Shown here: in pieces, positions 50,297 through 55,645 of the stretch
Numbering within the stretch: position 1 is the first letter of the stretch
Layout: each line of letters starts with the position of its first letter
NCBI GenBank assembly: GCA_019058245.1
Contig: JAHPZJ010000022.1
Location: 1 to 55,645, forward strand
Length of the DNA stretch: 55,645 bases
From: Promethearchaeota archaeon
GTDB taxonomy: Archaea; Asgardarchaeota; Lokiarchaeia; Sigyniarchaeales; SOKP01
Direction of reading: 5' to 3'
Program-made: the position numbers and the translations under genes
Notes under the pieces: model-generated
Database searches by the model: none
The model's input: the letters and a program-made list of their open reading frames with translations, nothing else
Told to the model about the DNA's origin: nothing

Positions 50297-50337
50297 AATG
50301 TATGGTCAAATTCTACATCCAAAAACTAAAAATAGTT

Positions 50338-51303
50338 TCATTCATAATTACATTCCCAAAAATATCTTCCATGCTCTTTCTTAAAGGCTTCTGCCACTTC
50401 ATTTACCACTGGTCTAATAAATTCACATCCATCTTTTATACATTCATAATTTACAGGTATTTTATCTAGTATTTCCCCATCTACTTGACAAATATAAGGA
50501 TCAGGATCATCGGAATCCAACATTTCAACTCTTAATTTCTTACTTGTATATTCATAGATGTCTGGATGGGGTAATAGAGTTGCTTTATACATTCGATTAA
50601 AATGTTTAAGCAATTTAAATTTCCCAATATTCACTATATTGATATGAAAAAGACCATCATTTACTTGAGCTCGTTGACAGATATACATAAATCCACCATA
50701 ACTTGGTCCATTTGCACAAGCTAAACAATTAGCATATCCTTCATAAACATCGTCATCCATTATTGCTTTAATCTTTCTATTTTTCCAAGGTAGTAGAGCC
50801 TTGAGAGTTTGTGTAACATAACTTTTTCCCCTTTTAGCTTCATTAAATCTTCGTGTTACTTCACTATCAAATCCCTGACTTCCAATTCCTAAAAAGTAAC
50901 GTTCTATACCTGTATCCGTTTTTGCAAAACCAATGTCAGATTTACTTATATTGTTTTCAGCTATTATTTCACAAGCTCTTTTAATATCAGGAAGGATTCC
51001 AATAGCGGCAGGTATATCATTACCAGATCCCATAGGAATAAATCCACATAAAGTATTGGTATTGGAAATTATTACTCCATTCATAACCTCATTACAAGTG
51101 CCGTCTCCTCCAGCTCCGATTACTATGTATCCATCTTTTGCTAATTGTTGCCCTAATTCTACAGCATGTCCTATATATTCAGTTTTAAATAATTTATATG
51201 AAATATTTAATTCTTTAAGACATTTTTCCATGAAATTGATATCTTTTAATCCCCCTTTCCCTTTACCTGCTTCGGGATTATAAATAATCGCATAATCTTC
51301 CAT
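50338..51303 (-). CDS. Diacylglycerol kinase family lipid kinase (YegS/DagK-like)
   Basis: YNPEAG, AGGDGT..EV.NG, PMGSGND, GFDS, NGPSYGG, QVDGE. Confidence 0.92.
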   Translation of the reverse strand: MEDYAIIYNPEAGKGKGGLKDINFMEKCLKELNISYKLFKTEYIGHAVELGQQLAKDGYIVIGAGGDGTCNEVMNGVIISNTNTLCGFIPMGSGNDIPAAIGILPDIKRACEIIAENNISKSDIGFAKTDTGIERYFLGIGSQGFDSEVTRRFNEAKRGKSYVTQTLKALLPWKNRKIKAIMDDDVYEGYANCLACANGPSYGGFMYICQRAQVNDGLFHINIVNIGKFKLLKHFNRMYKATLLPHPDIYEYTSKKLRVEMLDSDDPDPYICQVDGEILDKIPVNYECIKDGCEFIRPVVNEVAEAFKKEHGRYFWECNYE

Positions 51304-51491
51304 TATTATCCAACCTAATTTTTATGATTTTTTTTAATAAGTTGAAGATTCTTTAATCATTATGTTAAATTATGAACTATTTAAAATTATATTTATATTC
51401 AAAGCTCTAAGAATTGAATTTAAACTTTAGAAAATATTGCTTTTTTTAATTTATAGTAATTTAATTTAGGGAAGTATATTTAAACAATATC

Positions 51492-52325
51492 TTAGCGTAC
51501 CCTCCACTCGTGACCACACTCAGCGCAGCAGTTTTTTTTTCCATATATTTTAGGATAATCTAGAATTATCACACTCTTATCAATCATTTCATGGATTAAA
51601 CCCTTATTTCCACAATTAGGACATATTCTACGTTCAAATTTATCAGGTATTATCAAGACAGTATTGTCATTCGAGGTTAATGATAGATCTTTTTGATTTG
51701 ATTCTAAAGATGAATCTGAACTTTCATTATTCTTCTCTTCTTCTATTAATTCTACGTCGTTATTTTGAGTCAGTTTTTGCTCGTTTACTATTATAATATA
51801 ACCTTTGACAATGGAATAAATTTCATCCTTTTTTGGAAATCGGTGATATTTTTCTACAAAATTCTCAACAAATTCTTGGACGTCTTCAATTTTAACAGTA
51901 TATCCTCTCTCCTCAATAAGACCACTAATTTTCTCAATAATTTCATCTTTTGTGGATTTTAATTTCTCAATTTTTTCTATATTAATTGTATTATTCAAAT
52001 TTTTTTCGAATTCCTCCCATAATTGACTGATTTGTGAATCATTCAATTTTCCGTTTATTTGCACGTAAATTTTTTTTTCTTGTTCATATAAAATTGTGAT
52101 CCTATTATCTTTTTGGCTTTCTATATCTACATTATTGTCAAAATAGTTAATTCTGAATAAAGAACTCCCCAATCTTTTTGATTTAGTTGAAAAGGATAGA
52201 TCTTTTTCCAATATATTTACTAATATCCTTTGGATCTCATCATGATTCTTATCTCTTATATTAAATAAGTGGCTTCTTTCTTGCATTTTAACGTTCTTAA
52301 CCCTATTTAGAACATTTCTATTCAT
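51492..52325 (-). CDS. Hypothetical protein with C-terminal zinc ribbon
   Basis: RRICPNCG...CCAECGHEW. Confidence 0.75.
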   Translation of the reverse strand: MNRNVLNRVKNVKMQERSHLFNIRDKNHDEIQRILVNILEKDLSFSTKSKRLGSSLFRINYFDNNVDIESQKDNRITILYEQEKKIYVQINGKLNDSQISQLWEEFEKNLNNTINIEKIEKLKSTKDEIIEKISGLIEERGYTVKIEDVQEFVENFVEKYHRFPKKDEIYSIVKGYIIIVNEQKLTQNNDVELIEEEKNNESSDSSLESNQKDLSLTSNDNTVLIIPDKFERRICPNCGNKGLIHEMIDKSVIILDYPKIYGKKNCCAECGHEWRVR

Positions 52326-52503
52326 CTGATTGGGATATTTTTAATCTAGATTTTTTAATTTATAATGTTAATCTTTTGTTATAAGTCATTCTTACTATTA
52401 CTAATTAAAAAATTTCAATAATAATAATTTATATTATTATCCTAAGAAGATTTATATTGATATTTTTATTTATTTTGACCAAAGGATACCTGGTTTTTTT
52501 AAT

Positions 52504-53223
52504 ATGGAAAAAAACGGTTTACGAGCAGCTTTTAACGATAGAATCTCTAAAAAGAAGGGAAATCGGTCAATAAAAAAAATAATTATTGCTGTAGTGTTAA
52601 TAGTTTTTGCGTTTTCGGGCTCATTTTTAATTTATTTTATAATGCAAATTACTCTAAATACTAACAATCCCATGGTTGTTGTAGTCTCGGGATCTATGGA
52701 ACCGAATCTGCATAAGGGGGATTTATTGTTTTTAAAAGGAAAAGATCCTGCTACAATAAAGAGTGGAACAATTGAAGGAAAAGAAGGTGATATAATTGTT
52801 TTTTATACTCAAAATTTACCTGGTTTTGAAAGTTACCCTAATGATCCTATTGTCCATCGAGTTATTGATAAGTATAATGATAGCGGATTTTTTTTTCTAA
52901 CCAAAGGGGATGCTAATCCAATTCCTGATCCTGGATGGGTGCCAGAGAGCCATATTTTAGGAGTTGTTTGTGGCAGAATTCCTTATCTTGGATGGGTAAA
53001 AATCATACTTACTGATTCTGGCTTATTAATTCCACTTTTAGTTGTTGTATCCGTTTTACTAATAATTAGCATTGTTTGGGATATTGTAAGAAAAGAAGAT
53101 GATGATGTTAAAGGTAAATATAAAGAAAATAAAAATCTAACCTTTAAACCTAAGGCTAAAAAAGATGATTCAGTGAGAGAACTCGAATTTGATTATACTA
53201 AATATGATGATTTGAAAACTTAG
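52504..53223 (+). CDS. sec11: Signal peptidase I, archaeal/ER type
   Basis: VVVSGSMEP, GDIIVF, IVHRV, TKGDAN, IPYLG. Confidence 0.93.
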   Translation: MEKNGLRAAFNDRISKKKGNRSIKKIIIAVVLIVFAFSGSFLIYFIMQITLNTNNPMVVVVSGSMEPNLHKGDLLFLKGKDPATIKSGTIEGKEGDIIVFYTQNLPGFESYPNDPIVHRVIDKYNDSGFFFLTKGDANPIPDPGWVPESHILGVVCGRIPYLGWVKIILTDSGLLIPLLVVVSVLLIISIVWDIVRKEDDDVKGKYKENKNLTFKPKAKKDDSVRELEFDYTKYDDLKT

Positions 53224-53336
53224 TACCTAACTTTTAAAATAATCCATTTAAATAGGAGTATATCTTATCTTACTTTAAATTTAACTAAACTAAAATTAAA
53301 AATTAAAAGTCTTTTAGGAAAATAGGTGAAAAATAA

Positions 53337-53555
53337 ATGGCATGGACTCCTCCAAGCAAACTTATTGTAATACTAACCCTTATTTTAATGGTATTCGGGA
53401 TCTTTATCTTTATAGATGTATATATGACCTTCTGGGATAGTCTTTTACCTACGATTGAAATTTTCAATATAAGTTTATGGGATCTTCTTATACTGATACT
53501 GTTTTTTCTCACGTGGTTTCTATTTTTCCTTGGTGTAAAGTTAAAAGGTATTTAA
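53337..53555 (+). CDS. Small 2-TM hypothetical protein
   Basis: AGGTGA SD, two hydrophobic segments, T-rich terminator-like tract downstream. Confidence 0.7.
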   Translation: MAWTPPSKLIVILTLILMVFGIFIFIDVYMTFWDSLLPTIEIFNISLWDLLILILFFLTWFLFFLGVKLKGI

Positions 53556-53704
53556 ATCTCCAAATCCTTTTTTTTTATTTATTTTAGAAATCTATTCAAT
53601 TTATACTATTTATTTTATAATTCTCTCTTAAGTTATTCTGAAAATAGATTAAGTATAATTTTCTGTTAAAATAAAAGAAGTAAAAAAAAAGATTTAAGAT
53701 GTTC

Positions 53705-55540
53705 TTACTTGAATATCTGTTTCTTATGATATATTTTAATAATAATACTACTAATAGCTATCCCGGAAAATAGAGTAATAAAAAGTCCCATAATGAAGTA
53801 ATCTAAACCTATCCAAAAATCTGGAACACTCCCAGTTATATTCTTTGATAAAATTAACCATTGAAAGGAAAGATGTCCTAAGGTGTCATTCGCATAAAAT
53901 GTTACATTTGCAGTACCTTCGGGTACGAAGTTCCATATTTGCGAGGGAATAGTAAAATTTACTACATCTACTATAATCACAGGAGTCCGATCTTCAATAG
54001 TATACCAGACAGTTTCTAAATTGGGGTCTGTAATTGTCATATTGAAAGTGGGTGGAGTAGTACCGAATACATCTCCAGATACAGGGGAATATATTGTAAT
54101 TACTGGAGCAAGGGTGTCTTTTTGTACAACAACCTGAGCATTCCCTATATTTCCTGGTAAGTCGCTTGCGTAAAATGTGAGTGTAATATTACCATCAGAT
54201 AGAGCATCCCATGCAGTTTGATCAATTATTCCACTCAAACTTGTGAATGGATAGTTTGTAGCACTATTATTAATTTTATACCATCTGGAAACTAAATAAT
54301 CCTCAGCAATGGTAAGTGTAAAATCTGGTGCAGTCTCGTTAAACACATCATCATTAGGTGAAAGGATAGTTATCCGTGGTGCCCCATCTTCAGCTATTGG
54401 TAAATAATCTTTACTTTGAGCAGATCCACTTATATTGTATGGTCCATATTGGGCATCCACAATTCCATCTACAGGATTAGCATCTGGTCCAGTAAGATTA
54501 TCCCAGTAATTTCCAATTGTCGTGCTATTCCAAAAATTATTTGACCCATCATCAACCGCATGCTTTTGATTTCTGAGAAATACATTTTCATAAAATTGAT
54601 TATTACCAGAACTTGAAGTACAATTTATCCCAATTTCTCCATTATCATATATCCAATTTTCATAACTTTCCGCATAATTAGAATCATTTAAGAGTATACC
54701 ATACAATTTATTATTATTGATGTTGTTAGACTCAATAGTAGTATCATTACTTCGATAACATAAGATTCCGTGTTCCTTACTATCATAAATAGTATTACTC
54801 ATTAAAGTATTATTATAACTTCCCATTAAATAAATACCGCTACTAGTATGATTATATACTATGTTTCCAGAAAGTTCATTGAATTCCCCAGTCATAACTC
54901 TAATTCCATAGCGTGAATTGTTATAAATAGTATTCCCTGAAATAACATTATAGGAACTATTAACATTTAATCCAATTCCATCAAGCGTACTATCATAAAT
55001 TCTATTTCCAGAAACAGTATTCATACTACTATTGAATAGATATACTCCTCCACCAGGATTATCGAAAAAATCATTGTTTGAAATAAGACCATTTGTGGTA
55101 TTTTGTAGATGTATTCCTGCATAATAAGCTGGTCCTACTTGCCACGCATCTCTGAAAATACAATTTCTAATAATAAAATGCTTTCTTGAATTAAGAATTG
55201 AAATACCAGGACCAATACCACCAGTAGAATTAAATGTGTGCCCCTCGATAATATAGGGATCCCCTGAAGTTCCAGTTCCTTGAGTACACCACTGTTGGGT
55301 TCTTGCCCATGTCCAATTTAATAGATTACCTGGTAGATCATTTATCATGATATCACTATACGAACCTGATAACTTCAAATTTTTAGTAAAATCTTTAGAC
55401 GCTGGATCATCATTCAAGAAATTTTGTTTATTTGTGTATAAACTAAGATTTATTGAAAGAAAACCTAAAGTAAATATGATTATCATAAATACTGAGGCGC
55501 TAATTTTTGTTCTTGCGTGAGTTTTTATTTTTTTCATCAA
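53705..55540 (-). CDS. Parallel beta-helix (NosD/CASH repeat) cell-surface protein with Ig-like stalk and C-terminal TM
   Basis: Signal peptide, GTGTSGDPYIIE, repeated N.I..N...GI.L units, GNYWD, D..AP.ITI.SP repeats, C-terminal TM. Confidence 0.88.
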   Translation of the reverse strand: MMKKIKTHARTKISASVFMIIIFTLGFLSINLSLYTNKQNFLNDDPASKDFTKNLKLSGSYSDIMINDLPGNLLNWTWARTQQWCTQGTGTSGDPYIIEGHTFNSTGGIGPGISILNSRKHFIIRNCIFRDAWQVGPAYYAGIHLQNTTNGLISNNDFFDNPGGGVYLFNSSMNTVSGNRIYDSTLDGIGLNVNSSYNVISGNTIYNNSRYGIRVMTGEFNELSGNIVYNHTSSGIYLMGSYNNTLMSNTIYDSKEHGILCYRSNDTTIESNNINNNKLYGILLNDSNYAESYENWIYDNGEIGINCTSSSGNNQFYENVFLRNQKHAVDDGSNNFWNSTTIGNYWDNLTGPDANPVDGIVDAQYGPYNISGSAQSKDYLPIAEDGAPRITILSPNDDVFNETAPDFTLTIAEDYLVSRWYKINNSATNYPFTSLSGIIDQTAWDALSDGNITLTFYASDLPGNIGNAQVVVQKDTLAPVITIYSPVSGDVFGTTPPTFNMTITDPNLETVWYTIEDRTPVIIVDVVNFTIPSQIWNFVPEGTANVTFYANDTLGHLSFQWLILSKNITGSVPDFWIGLDYFIMGLFITLFSGIAISSIIIKIYHKKQIFK

Positions 55541-55645
55541 ATATCACTTCGAAATTATACTTTTTATTATATTTATATATAGAGTAATAAGTATTAGTTC
55601 TTTTAACAATTATTTATTTTTAACTGACAATAATGTAAAAATTAA

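Noticed and set aside
352-53512. Short antisense or overlapping ORFs (e.g. 352-573, 2620-2856, 9526-9834, 18394-18732, 30744-31022, 44405-44728, 46221-46568, 50933-51283)
   Set aside because: They are shadow frames of well-supported genes and have no recognisable motifs.
1-55645. CRISPR arrays, tRNA/rRNA genes, transposases or integrases
   Set aside because: No regularly spaced repeats, GC-rich structural RNA segments or recombinase motifs were seen.

Overview
Very AT-rich archaeal-type window, most likely from an Asgard archaeon (Lokiarchaeia-like). This is inferred from GGTGA-type Shine-Dalgarno (SD) motifs, a Sec11 signal peptidase, a thiolase/DUF35 pair, an FrhB domain and NosD-repeat surface proteins with C-terminal membrane anchors. 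It is dominated by anaerobic acyl-/aryl-CoA metabolism: two ferredoxin-fused EtfAB sets, an acyl-CoA dehydrogenase, two CoA ligases, two MaoC dehydratases, two thiolases, a 2-hydroxyacyl-CoA dehydratase plus activator, a Had/BamQ-like dehydrogenase, a split CoA-transferase, a Mo/W-bisPGD enzyme, and a B12-dependent acyl-CoA mutase with MeaB and CobO. It also carries threonine biosynthesis genes, a SWIM+SNF2 pair and a free-standing LAGLIDADG endonuclease. Top finding: the cobO adenosyltransferase gene is interrupted in its P-loop codons by a 30-nt insert containing an in-frame stop. The insert folds into a bulge-helix-bulge(-loop) motif, and excision by the tRNA-splicing-endonuclease rule regenerates the canonical GxGKGKTT motif, making it a candidate archaeal mRNA intron, next to the LAGLIDADG gene. 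Other findings: three genes apparently starting at CTG/ATT/ATA, an FrhB-TrmB fusion, a mutase with altered specificity residues, and a structured intergenic element. No rRNA, tRNA or CRISPR array was seen. All calls come from motif recognition by eye; no database searches were run.
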